This document shows positions 32,081-42,853 of a DNA stretch of 64,000 nt, piece by piece. The notes under the pieces were generated by a model, which saw only the letters and a program-made list of their open reading frames with translations, had not been told where the DNA came from and did not search any database. Every line of letters starts with the position of its first letter. Positions within the stretch are counted from its first letter, which is position 1. Where the stretch lies: NCBI GenBank assembly GCA_965644495.1, contig CBFFSA010000005.1, forward strand, positions 124,001-188,000, read 5' to 3'. The translations under genes and the position numbers were made by a program. This DNA is from Perkinsela sp. CCAP 1560/9 (Eukaryota; Protista; Euglenozoa: Kinetoplastea).

Positions 32081-32833
32081 ATGTTTATGATTTCTTTGTT
32101 TTATTCCTTCGATCTCGTACTTGACAATTACAGCATAAATACAACAAAAGGCAAATACAAGAAATTTTCTACTTTCTTTTACATTATGAATGAGATTCAT
32201 GATTCGAATCCTGTAACACCGAGCAGCTCTGACAAAATAACACATGAAGAAATACTCGAGTTTGTAAAAAATGCAACATATCACCATGTAGACAGCTTCC
32301 ACCATGTTTCACCCAAAGTGTATAACGCTTTGTTTCGAGCCGTGTTTCCTGAGCTGGAGATACCGATTGCAGTTTTCTCGGATTTACTTGAAGTGCTACA
32401 ACTTGTGGCAATACAAGTTTATCGGCCTCCTCACCTAAATCTAGAAATGAACTGCGACACGAGCCCAATTCGCAAAGACGCGGATAAGCTTTATGAGGAC
32501 AGGACTGGTGAACCCGTTTTGAATTACAGGCATCATGCACAGCTATTGGTTTGGTTTTACGACGTAGGAAAGAGAAAAGGGCTTCGCTTCGAACATGTAC
32601 CACCTGAATCTTTGTTTAGGGAAGATGCAAAGAAGCCCGATTCGCCATGTTCAATTCACGGAAACAATTTGCACCCCTGTGCTCAGTTAGAAAAAGTCAT
32701 TGATGATAGAAGAAAACGGTTAAAATACTTAAGTGACTTTCTTCATAAAATTATACAATGTGCACGAAACGAAGCTGAGATAAAAGTTCGCAGGCAAGCG
32801 TTAAGAAAACTCTTTCTCACCTTCAAATCATGA
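32081..32833 (+). CDS. Hypothetical protein; the real start may be 32186
   Basis: 250-aa ORF on the cluster strand with no motif I recognise. Confidence 0.6.
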   Translation: MFMISLFYSFDLVLDNYSINTTKGKYKKFSTFFYIMNEIHDSNPVTPSSSDKITHEEILEFVKNATYHHVDSFHHVSPKVYNALFRAVFPELEIPIAVFSDLLEVLQLVAIQVYRPPHLNLEMNCDTSPIRKDADKLYEDRTGEPVLNYRHHAQLLVWFYDVGKRKGLRFEHVPPESLFREDAKKPDSPCSIHGNNLHPCAQLEKVIDDRRKRLKYLSDFLHKIIQCARNEAEIKVRRQALRKLFLTFKS

Positions 32834-33034
32834 TCGATTGTGTAGTGTCCAACACAATAATATTTAATTTAAAGAAAAGAAAGACAATCCTCTCCGTGTA
32901 AGAAAAAACCTTCGTATAATAGCAGGACTTCCTCAAAATCCAGTAAGAACGTCAAACTCTTTTAAAAGAAAGTAAAAATACTTTTTTTAGCATTCTATTC
33001 GTACTTGTCGTGCATTTCTTGTTAAGAAGATGAC

Positions 33035-33490
33035 ATGGTGATTAGGCAAACGAATAAATTCATATCCATTGCTCCTTCTGAGAAATACAAGCAATCTTCA
33101 GCTAGATCGAAAGGTTTTCGAAAGGTGTCAGAATATAACGGAACGCGATGTTCTAGTCGTGACGAACAATCAAAGGGAAATAACCAAACAAGGAAACGAA
33201 CGACTCAAAAACAGACTAGCCACACTGCAAAAAATGCGAAGGAAACCAAAATAAATAAACACAACAAGAAAGATGGTCAAGCAACTTCTTTAAAAAGCTC
33301 TTTGATCGATAGTAGCACGACTAAGCTACCATGGTATGCTTTTACTTTATCCAAAGATGCCAATGAAAGAGAAAAAGCTTCGAATATCTCCACAGTTCAC
33401 CCGTCCTGGCTTTGCCGACGTCAAAAAAGACGCATTGAACACGAAACTCTTATCTTTCGCTCACTTTCAAAGCCGTTGGACCAGAGCTAA
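33035..33490 (+). CDS. Lys-rich small protein, weakly like the BUD22/SRFBP1 C-terminus
   Basis: Basic low-complexity sequence ending in VHPSWLCRRQKRR. Confidence 0.5.
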   Translation: MVIRQTNKFISIAPSEKYKQSSARSKGFRKVSEYNGTRCSSRDEQSKGNNQTRKRTTQKQTSHTAKNAKETKINKHNKKDGQATSLKSSLIDSSTTKLPWYAFTLSKDANEREKASNISTVHPSWLCRRQKRRIEHETLIFRSLSKPLDQS

Positions 33491-33633
33491 ATCTCTTTTT
33501 TGTAAAACTATGTAGTTCATACTTCATTGCCTTCGTACTTCATTGCTCATCAAATGAAATGGGGTACGAGCCTTCAGGATAAATTTTCGTGTCTGAACAA
33601 AGTTTCATAGTGTCTTTACTAGTATTCTTCTCA

Positions 33634-34425
33634 ATGGCAGATCGAGATCCTTCTTCAGACACTTTCGCACTGGAAATAACTCCAGTCCCCGAGAGAAGTG
33701 GCCGCGCGGCGAGAGTTCACGGTAATACAATGACACAAGAGATTGACCTACTGCGTTGCTTTTCTGGAGTCTCTGGTTTCCCTCGTTCCTGGGAAGTAGA
33801 CACAAATGTTTGTGAATGGATTGGCATAACATGCGATTCACAAGGTAGAATCTTCGCCGTTGATTGTCTAGGGATGTCCCTACGAGGTAACATAAGCTGG
33901 CGTTTCCTTCCCGAAGGTATCACTGCGTTGGATTTGAGACACAATGAGCTCGGTGGAGCTCTGTCGACTTTACATCTTCCCCGAACGCTCACGTCCCTGA
34001 ATCTTGGTCAAAATCAATTTTCCTCTGCGGTTTCAGTAGAAAATTTGCCTAATGGGTTAGTCGCGATTATCCTTTCCCAAAACTCGTTTTTTGGTAATTT
34101 TTTTCTTCCTGATTTGCCATCAGATATTCATTTTGTTGACATCAGCGAAAATGATTTTTGTGGGTCAGTTCAATTACTGGGGTTACCGGCTTTGCTTTCT
34201 GAGATACACCTTTCGTTTAATTTGTTTGCAGGCCCGATAGATCTTACAGGTCTTTCTAAAAATATACGAAAACTGTATTTTCAATACAACATGCTGAACG
34301 GGAGTCCAGACTTGCGTTTTCTTCCCGACCAGTTTGAGTACATAGATTTGTCGCACAACAGTTTTGACTCGTTTCAAGGCGGCCCTGTACTAAACGTACG
34401 GACCCACGCGCAGGTGCAGCATTGA
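33634..34425 (+). CDS. Leucine-rich repeat protein
   Basis: LRRNT-like cap CEWIGITCD followed by repeats of LP..L..L.L..N.F.G. Confidence 0.9.
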   Translation: MADRDPSSDTFALEITPVPERSGRAARVHGNTMTQEIDLLRCFSGVSGFPRSWEVDTNVCEWIGITCDSQGRIFAVDCLGMSLRGNISWRFLPEGITALDLRHNELGGALSTLHLPRTLTSLNLGQNQFSSAVSVENLPNGLVAIILSQNSFFGNFFLPDLPSDIHFVDISENDFCGSVQLLGLPALLSEIHLSFNLFAGPIDLTGLSKNIRKLYFQYNMLNGSPDLRFLPDQFEYIDLSHNSFDSFQGGPVLNVRTHAQVQH

Positions 34426-34661
34426 AGCAATGACAAATACATTGATTGTTCTCCCTCAAATACTGTCTGTACAAAAGATTTCTTTGAGGTTTAAACAGGG
34501 GGTACACGTCACTTTCACCATTTCTCGCTGTTTTTATGTTGATTTACTAGCATGAGTTCTGTATTTTATAACACTATTACAGAATATTGGCTTTATCCAC
34601 CATTTTATACTAAAATTCTACTAAAACGCTCTCGAGGGGTTAAGCTCCCAGTACCGATTTT

Positions 34662-35645
34662 ATGCATCGATCAGTGAAGCAAGCAGGATCGTGGAGATGC
34701 AATAATTGTAGTAGCATTATTTCTAGAGAGCGCTACGCATGCTACGATTGCTTAGCTCTTTCTCCGGAGCTTGGAAAGCACGCTTCTGATATGAAGCGCT
34801 GCGAATACGCTTTAAACGAACCCGATATCAGGCTTGTGTCTCTGCGCGGTCGTGTGTTTCGAGTGCGCAAGCAGGAAACTGGGATAAATGCGATTTATGA
34901 TGTCCCTGGTAAAGCTCTTTGTGGTCAAAACGGTGCAGCCACGATTCTACAAACTGAAATGAAAACAAATCTGGGCGAACGAAAGTGTTCAAAAGACCTT
35001 GTTAAATATACGCACTTTCTTGCCATTCCTATAGGCTTGCAAAAAGAGCTAAGGGGACGCATCGAGAAGCTATCTAGTGATATTAGTAAAACGCTCGCAG
35101 ATAAAACCCTAGAAAAAGCATTTCATTCCCCAGTTAGGACCCACTTAACTCTTTTAATGTTAAAACTGTCTAAGTCACAGGAGATGCGTGCAAAATACGT
35201 TCTTGACAAATGCGTTGAACGATTCAGACGAGAGTTTGACAGTGAGACCATTCCACTTGCTGGTCTCAATTACTTCGGGGAGGCCGTCACGAAAGCTTGC
35301 GTTGTTTACGTGGAAATTGCTTCCATGGAACTTCGCACCAAACTCGGTGATTTCGTTACATATTGTCGAGAACTTTTTAATTCTGGTGAAATGGAGACCA
35401 ATGAAGAGAATGAAGGGGGATACGTTCCTCACGTTACAATTATGAACTCGAAATATTTACGTACGCTATCGGTAGGCCAATCGTACGTGTCAGAGTGCGC
35501 GTCCTTTGATGCTACGAAAATTTTGGACGAACATAAAGATGCCACGCTAGGAAGTTTCTTACCGCTATCTCTTGATATAGCCACGTTGAACTCCGGTCGA
35601 GACAAAAATTCATACTATCGTTGTTTAAAATCGATTTCTGTGTGA
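34662..35645 (+). CDS. 2H phosphoesterase (AKAP7/ASCC1-like) with N-terminal Cys4 zinc finger
   Basis: WRCNNC..CYDC, YTHFLAIPI, and two HxT motifs (HLTL and PHVTI). Confidence 0.85.
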   Translation: MHRSVKQAGSWRCNNCSSIISRERYACYDCLALSPELGKHASDMKRCEYALNEPDIRLVSLRGRVFRVRKQETGINAIYDVPGKALCGQNGAATILQTEMKTNLGERKCSKDLVKYTHFLAIPIGLQKELRGRIEKLSSDISKTLADKTLEKAFHSPVRTHLTLLMLKLSKSQEMRAKYVLDKCVERFRREFDSETIPLAGLNYFGEAVTKACVVYVEIASMELRTKLGDFVTYCRELFNSGEMETNEENEGGYVPHVTIMNSKYLRTLSVGQSYVSECASFDATKILDEHKDATLGSFLPLSLDIATLNSGRDKNSYYRCLKSISV

Positions 35646-35865
35646 CGATGTAGAGAACTTCTTACGGAACCTACTTCTATTCGAACAATAAACTGATTAC
35701 TGTTTGTCTGTATATTTCGGAACAGGAGAAATTGGGTGCTCGGTCCCAAGTCAATACAATTTATTGAAATTTTAATCGCACAACATAATCTCTTGTTTTT
35801 GAGCTGTAAATGAACTATTTAGAAGTTGAAAAATTTATGCGTAAACGTTTATTTATAAAATTTCA

Positions 35866-36126
35866 ATGGCAAGTCCCTTGGCGTTTTTAAGTCATTGCGT
35901 TGGAAGCTCCCTCTGGGTTTTAATGCAAGACCAACGTGAATTCACGGGGACACTTTTCTCCCATGACGCAAATTTGAACATTGTGTTACATGACGCAGTG
36001 ATAGTAGAGACATCTAAACCTTCAGCAGACGGCAAAAGAAAAGTCTTGAAAACTGGCCCTGTACCGGAGTTGATTCTAAATAGCCATCACGTTGCTCTAT
36101 TTATTCCAGGAGGCGCGTCAAGTTAA
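35866..36126 (+). CDS. LSM5: LSm5 (Sm-like protein)
   Basis: WVLMQDQREFTGTL..D.NLNIVL and ILNSHHVALFIPGG. Confidence 0.85.
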   Translation: MASPLAFLSHCVGSSLWVLMQDQREFTGTLFSHDANLNIVLHDAVIVETSKPSADGKRKVLKTGPVPELILNSHHVALFIPGGASS

Positions 36127-36526
36127 TATCATAAATGCTGTATATCGTTTACATGCGATGTATTGTAAATTACATACTATTGTATTTTATCTCGAGATCA
36201 TTCTGGCTCACGAAATTCTTCATCGTAAATGACTATTACTTTAGGTGATTTACGCCTCGGTGATAAATTAGTTATTCAACGCATGCGACGATTTCAGTCA
36301 CTGAAACACAACATAACTTAGGGTGATTTTTTTGAGCGCACAATCGATATTTATCCAAAACAGCGCTGCAAAACAAATGTTAGAGAACAGTTTAGTACAA
36401 GTACATGTATCTTGACATAAGAACATGTATATTAGCTTACACAAATGTGTACCTCCTTTGAAAACCTGAGAACTTGAACCTTATTGATACATTTAATAGT
36501 TACTTCACCATAAATTACACAACATC

Positions 36527-38194
36527 ATGCCTCAAAGCCGACTATATGCCTCCAATATTGCCATCGATTACAGCGCAGAACCGCAACCGAGTATCTCACT
36601 TAGTTCTCCATTTTTTTCGGATATAGCATGGTGCAGAATTTCTCAAACGTTTGTGCATCGGGATAAAGAGCCTTTTCTTAAGGTCGCCAGGAAGCAGACG
36701 TGCTTGGGCATCTATGGAATTGTGAAACTTCTTTCTCAAACGATACTAGTAATTATAGAAGATGCTGCACCGTGTGGGTTTCATTCTGTTTTTCAATGTC
36801 GAAAATTCGGTTTTATACTCCTTCCGCCTTCTGAAGTTATAGGAAAGGACAAGGATAAATATGTGAGTTCGTCGAACGATTTTCAAAACGATCTTCTGGG
36901 ATTTCTAAATGCAAATGCAAAACACTTTTACGGTTCTTTTAGGGAAGATTTCTCCGAAAATTGCGCGAGAAAGACAAATCACAGTACTATAAATGTCTCT
37001 CTTGGATACATGTGGAACGAAGAATTGGTCGGGCAGTTTCCTTCGAACAACTGGGTAGTTCCTATCATATACGGTTACGTAGGGCAATTCTGGACAAAAA
37101 CTTCACAAGTGTGTTTAGTGAGTCGTCGAAGTCACCGCAATACCGGTATGCGATATCACAGCAGAGGTATAAATGCCGAGGGATACGCGGCGAATTTAGT
37201 GGAGTCCGAGTTAATAGTGCAGGAGGGCACATGTGTGACTTCATACGTAGTTCTTAGAGGATCCCTGCCTGTTGAATGGAGTCAGCCCATAACGGGACGC
37301 TACAAGCCGCTTACGCGTGTACAATCTACGTCATCCGAACCTACCTCTCAACATTTCAAAATGCTGAACACATACTACAAAGGCGGGGTGGCATGTTTGT
37401 CTGTGTTAAGAAAAGCAGAGCTTACAGAGCAACAAAACTTGTTTTCAAGATATTCCGAATCTATCGGAATACGTTTGCTAACGTACGACATAATGGAAAA
37501 CGATGTGATGTTATCATTGGAGCGAATCCGTGAATGTTCAAGTATAGTATCTTCACAGTTATTGGATGCATCACTTACTTGTTACGTAGGTGAGAATTTA
37601 GAAAAGAAACAAGAACTTTATCTTAGGGTAAATTGCGTGGATTGCACGGATCGAACGAATATCGTTCAGGCATCTATACTCTGGAGCAAACTATCTGAAA
37701 TGGAAAGTCTAATTTCGGACAGCCCTGATTTTCTTTGTGCCGCACATGCCCGGCTCTGCAAAGAAAACGGCGATGCCTTAGCTGTTCAATACGTTGGTAC
37801 CTCGGCTTTGTATACCGATATTCTTTTTTATAGGTTGCCCTCACGTATCACTTCCCTCAGAGATGGATTAAAGGCGGTGAAAAGGTATGTGTTAAGCATT
37901 TTCTGCCAAGGCTCGCAACAAGATCGGCTGGTTCTTAGTTCCACCCGTCATGTAGCAACGTTTACCCACCATTCCACTAACGTTCACGTATTGTTTTGGA
38001 GGTACATCATTATTTCTACATGTTACTTCGCCATACGTAAACCCGAGTTTTGCTTTTGGGTTCCTACAGTCCCGATAGTCTTGACAATATTTAGGCAACT
38101 TTCTTTCTACTTTAGTTGCTCTTGGCTGAACCTTCCTACACTTCGAGCGGAAAGTACTACGAGCGGAAGCTACCGGCTTGCCAAAAATGAATGA
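36527..38194 (+). CDS. SAC1: SAC1-family phosphoinositide phosphatase with C-terminal hydrophobic segments
   Basis: SRRS..GMRYHSRGI, RGSLPVEWSQ and catalytic RVNCVDCTDRTN. Confidence 0.9.
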   Translation: MPQSRLYASNIAIDYSAEPQPSISLSSPFFSDIAWCRISQTFVHRDKEPFLKVARKQTCLGIYGIVKLLSQTILVIIEDAAPCGFHSVFQCRKFGFILLPPSEVIGKDKDKYVSSSNDFQNDLLGFLNANAKHFYGSFREDFSENCARKTNHSTINVSLGYMWNEELVGQFPSNNWVVPIIYGYVGQFWTKTSQVCLVSRRSHRNTGMRYHSRGINAEGYAANLVESELIVQEGTCVTSYVVLRGSLPVEWSQPITGRYKPLTRVQSTSSEPTSQHFKMLNTYYKGGVACLSVLRKAELTEQQNLFSRYSESIGIRLLTYDIMENDVMLSLERIRECSSIVSSQLLDASLTCYVGENLEKKQELYLRVNCVDCTDRTNIVQASILWSKLSEMESLISDSPDFLCAAHARLCKENGDALAVQYVGTSALYTDILFYRLPSRITSLRDGLKAVKRYVLSIFCQGSQQDRLVLSSTRHVATFTHHSTNVHVLFWRYIIISTCYFAIRKPEFCFWVPTVPIVLTIFRQLSFYFSCSWLNLPTLRAESTTSGSYRLAKNE

Positions 38195-38450
38195 AAAATA
38201 CATACTGTATGTCATAGATTCTATGAACAACTGTGATACTAAAACAGACCATGCATGAAGTAGAATAAAAAAGACGACGCAAAGTAAAAGCATTTATAAT
38301 CAAATACACAGATGTAGGATGCCCGCGAGGTCTCATCTGCACTTTCATGAAAACAAAGAACAGGTCAACGTCGTACCTGACCTGTGCTATTCTTCAGAAT
38401 AGCAAAATGTAATTCTTCAGTCCTGTCCAATTCTTTAGAGTATTAAAATA

Positions 38451-39542
38451 CAGGGACGGTTGTTGATCTTGCTTCCTCCTGCGAAAGTTTAATTTTTCTT
38501 CCCGTTTTTGCTCAATTTTGCAGCATTGAAGAGATGTCGTTCCCCTAACGAAGCACTGTGCCGCTTTTTTTCATAAAAAACCCCTGGTGCCCCCTGGGTC
38601 CAAAACATGCAGATTTTTAGGCCTTTTTTTGTGCACACAACCATTTTTTCCGATTTCTTTCATGATTACCGTATACCCCCCCAGTAAGAGAATGGGTTTT
38701 GGGTCGAAATGGTCAAATCTCTCTTACTGTGCGGGGTATGCTTTTTTTGGCCAGTTTCCCCTTTTCTCCCAACTTTTTTGACTATTTTTTCCATTTTTTT
38801 CTGCTGAAAACGTGTTAAAACGCTTCTTTGGGTTACCCCCGAGGCCCCCAACATGCAGACACCCACCCCCTACCCCCTATACGCCTCCTGTTGGGCTCCC
38901 AAGCCAAATCTCTCTTACTGGGGGTCAGCCCAAAAGGGGCCAAATCTCTCTTGCTGGGGGGGGGTACCTTACTGGGGGGGATATACGGTATGTGGGTTTT
39001 TCGAGTGTGTGTAGGCTTAAATAGTCTTCTAATTTCTTTATGCTCAAGCAATATTTCTGTACAAACATCAATAGCTGTGCAATCCACTCTATTATAGAGT
39101 GGATAAATTTATAAACAAACAAATTAAGCTTCACGGTCACGCCAACCGTGCACAAGCCATTAAAGAATCTTTTTCCTTCCTAAAATGACCCCTTCAGAAA
39201 CAAAAAAGTGTTAAACTCCATTGAGTCGGTTCCCATTAGGCTTCGAAAAGTATTGCAAAACAATGGGGGACATTCTGGATATTTATTTGTTGTGGTTTTC
39301 TTCTAAGATAAACATTTGTTTTAGTTGAAGTCACTTTTTCAGAATATGATAAAAAATCCAAAATTTCTGAGTTTTGTCAACTTTCGGGTCACCCACAGGG
39401 CACCATGGTGTCTCTATGAAAAACAGGCGGCAAAGCGCTTCGCTAGGGGAACAAGATGTCTTCAATGCTGCAAAAATGTGAAAAAAATTGATAAAAAAAA
39501 TTTAAATTTCCTAGGAGGGGACAAGATCAAAAACCGCCCCTG
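38451..39542 (+). mobile_element. Deleted Tc1-like element (family C) with long imperfect TIRs
   Basis: TA-flanked ends caggg(a/g)cggtt(g/t)ttgatcttg with about 150 bp of inverted similarity. The internal remnant IESVPIRLRKVLQNNGGHSGY (39220-39282) is a Tc1 C-terminus. Confidence 0.88.
38669..38988. mobile_element. Tc2/pogo-like MITE, 320 bp, nested in the family C element
   Basis: TA-flanked TIR ccgtatacccccccagtaag / cttactgggggggatatacgg, with internal caaatctctctt(a/g)ctg repeats. Confidence 0.88.
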
Positions 39543-39723
39543 TATATAGAAAATTAAAAAAAATTATTTTTTTGTATTTTTATAAATATTTTAGTGTTTT
39601 AAAAATACTATAAATAAATACTACAAATATTTACACATTTTCTTAGGCCGTCTGATCTTTTTCAGTTACATTGTATGAGTCCTGGAAAATCAGAAGAATC
39701 CGGATTTCTATACCATACCTTCT

Positions 39724-41331
39724 ATGTTCTCTCTTGCCAGTCAGGATCTCTCTGCCTTGTGGCATGAAGACGCCGCGGGTGGGGAAGCCCCTATAGAAGT
39801 GCAAATGGCTTTCGATCACAAATTTCCCGCATTCGGAGGCACAACAGGCCGGATGCTCTATCGCCTTAGCGCACATCACAGCGAGTGCCATTTACGCGAT
39901 GAAATCATAGCCTACTTAAAAAAATACGACGTCCACGCGAAATTCATTATGAAAGACGGTAACAACCTAGTAGACGAGGTCACCTACGAACGACTAATCG
40001 AAAACGCCCGACGCAACGCCCGGATCCTCAAACTCACCCTCTCCCCGCTCGAAACCACCCTCCCTAAACTCACCGAGACGCGTCTCACCCCCCATGGTGC
40101 CCCCACCTCCCACCCCCCCTCCCGAAACCCCCTACTCGACTTCTCACGCAATCTCAACACGCCTCATCACCCCACTCCCCACCCTGGCAACCCTCACATC
40201 GCTCCCATCCCCACGAGCCACCCCCTGAGCACCACCCCCCGCTCTCTCCCGATCTCGGCTCTCCCACCTCTAAATGGTGGTACTCCACTCCTTTCACACT
40301 CTATAGGATCGAGCCCTGCCTTAAGTGTTTATCACCGGGCGGCTTATCATCGGAACACGACGACAACGAGGACGACGACTATCCCCTCCGTATCTTACGC
40401 TCCTTCCTCATCTTCTGGTTCTTCTTCTGGTTCTTCCAGCGCTGCTGCCTCAAGTCGTGTTGCCTCTTCGGTTCCTCAACGGACTACTACCCCTGTGGCA
40501 TTGTTACCGGGTACGTGGAGAGAGGACACGGGGATGCGGAGAGAGCAGGAGCGCATACGGGGCTCTACGGTTTCCTCCACAGGGGTAGGGACTACCGCGA
40601 CAGCCGGAGTGGAGAAACGGTCAAGGGAATGCCTAGAGGAAACTCAAGATGAACGGGAGGCGATTTTACGACGCCACGACGTGCGCACGCTACGGGAGGA
40701 ACATGAACGGGGGGTGGTGCAGCGGGCGGTGTTGAGGAGACCTGTGGTGCGCTCCACACGGTGTCGGTTGTGTGGGATTGATGTGGAGTCGGAGAGGAGT
40801 GTGGCGGAGTGGGTTACGCGGTATGAAAAAATGTGTGTGCGGCTGAGTGCGTCGCCAAAAACATACTCCCTCGAGGAGTGGCAGAATCTGTTAGAGGAGC
40901 GACTGGGTGAGGTTGCTCAGACATGGTTTCAGGATGAGGTCACTCATGAGCCGTTTTTTGTGCACAGGGGTTGTGTGGATATTACGTGGGATTGGCATAT
41001 GGGGTGTGAGATGCCGCAGATTGCGCTTGAGGCCTCCGATACAAAGTGCGACTTGTGTAGGGAGTTCGGTGCGACGTGTGTGTGCACACAACCGAATTGC
41101 GATCGGACTTATCATACCTCCTGCGCGTATTTTTCTCCCGGGAACTATCCCTGGGGTACGGTATCCTTCGGGGCAATGCCCCACTTAAGAAAATGTGCGA
41201 GGTGTCCTACACACCGTGAGCACGAGCCCTCATCGGCAAAGTCTGGCAAGACAAAGGGTAACGCAGGGGAAGTAGTCTTGGACACACGCTCTGCGGAAGA
41301 ATACCAAAAGGACATTCGTCCCATAGAGTAG
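39724..41331 (+). CDS. Extended PHD-like (zf-HC5HC2H type) zinc-finger protein
   Basis: CRLC..VHRGC..CDLC..GATCVC..C.RTYHTSCA..CPTH, with a Pro/Ser-rich middle. Confidence 0.8.
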   Translation: MFSLASQDLSALWHEDAAGGEAPIEVQMAFDHKFPAFGGTTGRMLYRLSAHHSECHLRDEIIAYLKKYDVHAKFIMKDGNNLVDEVTYERLIENARRNARILKLTLSPLETTLPKLTETRLTPHGAPTSHPPSRNPLLDFSRNLNTPHHPTPHPGNPHIAPIPTSHPLSTTPRSLPISALPPLNGGTPLLSHSIGSSPALSVYHRAAYHRNTTTTRTTTIPSVSYAPSSSSGSSSGSSSAAASSRVASSVPQRTTTPVALLPGTWREDTGMRREQERIRGSTVSSTGVGTTATAGVEKRSRECLEETQDEREAILRRHDVRTLREEHERGVVQRAVLRRPVVRSTRCRLCGIDVESERSVAEWVTRYEKMCVRLSASPKTYSLEEWQNLLEERLGEVAQTWFQDEVTHEPFFVHRGCVDITWDWHMGCEMPQIALEASDTKCDLCREFGATCVCTQPNCDRTYHTSCAYFSPGNYPWGTVSFGAMPHLRKCARCPTHREHEPSSAKSGKTKGNAGEVVLDTRSAEEYQKDIRPIE

Positions 41332-41689
41332 AAGTAGAACATTTAGAATTTGATGTGAATACCCGTGTAGAATTAGATGAAAGACAGCTCACCACTTTTA
41401 AGCTCACGAATATTTCTATAATCAGTTGAATGATATTTTTGACTACGGTTGACTACGTTTTGTTTCACTATACGCAGTATGTAGACTCAGTTTGTGATTT
41501 CTGTTACATCAGCTGCTATCAAACAAAACATAGATGTTTACCACCGCAAAGTGAACGTTCAACTATCGCACCGAATACAATCTCGAAGCACGAGTCACCT
41601 GAGTAGTGGGATTTCTTCCACTGTATAATACAGTATTAATACAATCTCGTCAGTGAATCGTTCAGTACAACGTGAAACACATCGCTTGC

Positions 41690-42637
41690 ATGCAATCCGA
41701 GTTGTCCGACACTCTGCCTTCAGCACACGGTGCATTCATCACGGAGAAAGAACTTAGTGTGGTATCTTCTGACGTACGATTCATAGATGTGCGTTTCAAT
41801 CTTAAAAATCCGATCCAAGGTCGTTTTTTATTTGATAAAAGCCGACTTCCGGGAGCTGTTTATGCGGATATAAACTCCGATTTGTCCGTGAAATGCCCTT
41901 CCAAAGGGAGGCATCCGCTTCCCTCCTTACAACAGTTTAAATCATGGCTAGTTCGTAACGGGTTAGATGCAAGGCCCCATGCGTCTACCGTCATCGTCGT
42001 ATACGATCAAAGCCGTGGTGTCTTTGCAGCAAGGGCTTGGTGGATGCTCCGGGCGGTGGGATACTCTCAGGTGCATATCTTGCATGACGGTTTCAATGGC
42101 TGGAAAGGTATGGTGGAGAAAGGATCCCCATCTGATTATTCTTCATTCGCGAACGATGCTTTCGCTGTAAAGCATGTTTACAATGATTTGCCCATCTCCT
42201 GGGAGAAGTCTGCTTTTCCCTTGGTTCATCTTTCGGAGTTGAGTAAGTACAAAGTGGTCGATGCCCGACCAGGTCAAAGATTTCACAGCAGAAAAGTCGG
42301 ACTGGCGCAAGACACCATTCCTGGACACTATCCGGGAGCACTAAACTGCGATTGGGAAAAATGTGATCCATACTCGTCCTTGACAAAAGAACAACTGAGG
42401 GAGATATTCGACATGCGGACTGATGGCAACACGAGCGAAAATTCGACGCCTCTCGCTGCAGTCATGTGCGGCAGTGGCGTCACGGCCTGCTATATCATCG
42501 CATGCGTGCATCACGTGAATGTTCCGATACCGGCGTTGTACGTCGAGTCATGGTCGGAAATCGAGTACATTTGCAAAAGCCACTCTTACCAGGAGAGTTG
42601 TATTTCCGTAAGACTGTTGGGTAAATGCGGTCTGTAA
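41690..42637 (+). CDS. 3-mercaptopyruvate/thiosulfate sulfurtransferase (tandem rhodanese)
   Basis: GRHPLP, AARAWWML, VVDAR, PGHYPGALN and active site CGSGVTAC. Confidence 0.93.
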   Translation: MQSELSDTLPSAHGAFITEKELSVVSSDVRFIDVRFNLKNPIQGRFLFDKSRLPGAVYADINSDLSVKCPSKGRHPLPSLQQFKSWLVRNGLDARPHASTVIVVYDQSRGVFAARAWWMLRAVGYSQVHILHDGFNGWKGMVEKGSPSDYSSFANDAFAVKHVYNDLPISWEKSAFPLVHLSELSKYKVVDARPGQRFHSRKVGLAQDTIPGHYPGALNCDWEKCDPYSSLTKEQLREIFDMRTDGNTSENSTPLAAVMCGSGVTACYIIACVHHVNVPIPALYVESWSEIEYICKSHSYQESCISVRLLGKCGL

Positions 42638-42853
42638 TTCGGGATGGTTCTTGGCGCCTTTGTAAATTATTTCTCATTGCACTCCTTTGGAGTACAATGA
42701 TTCCTTTTGCAAATATCTTCAGTGGATACGAATATCATTTTGAGGAAAAAATGCCGTGTGACTCCGCTTACGTTCCCTAGTCACACACGCTCTGCCTGTC
42801 TCACTACATACACTTTCAAGCACGCTTCTTTCTTTCTCTGCTTCATTCTTCCC

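Noticed and set aside
36375-36400. agaacagttt resembling the spliced-leader exon
   Set aside because: Only about 10 nt match, with no full 39-nt exon or donor site.
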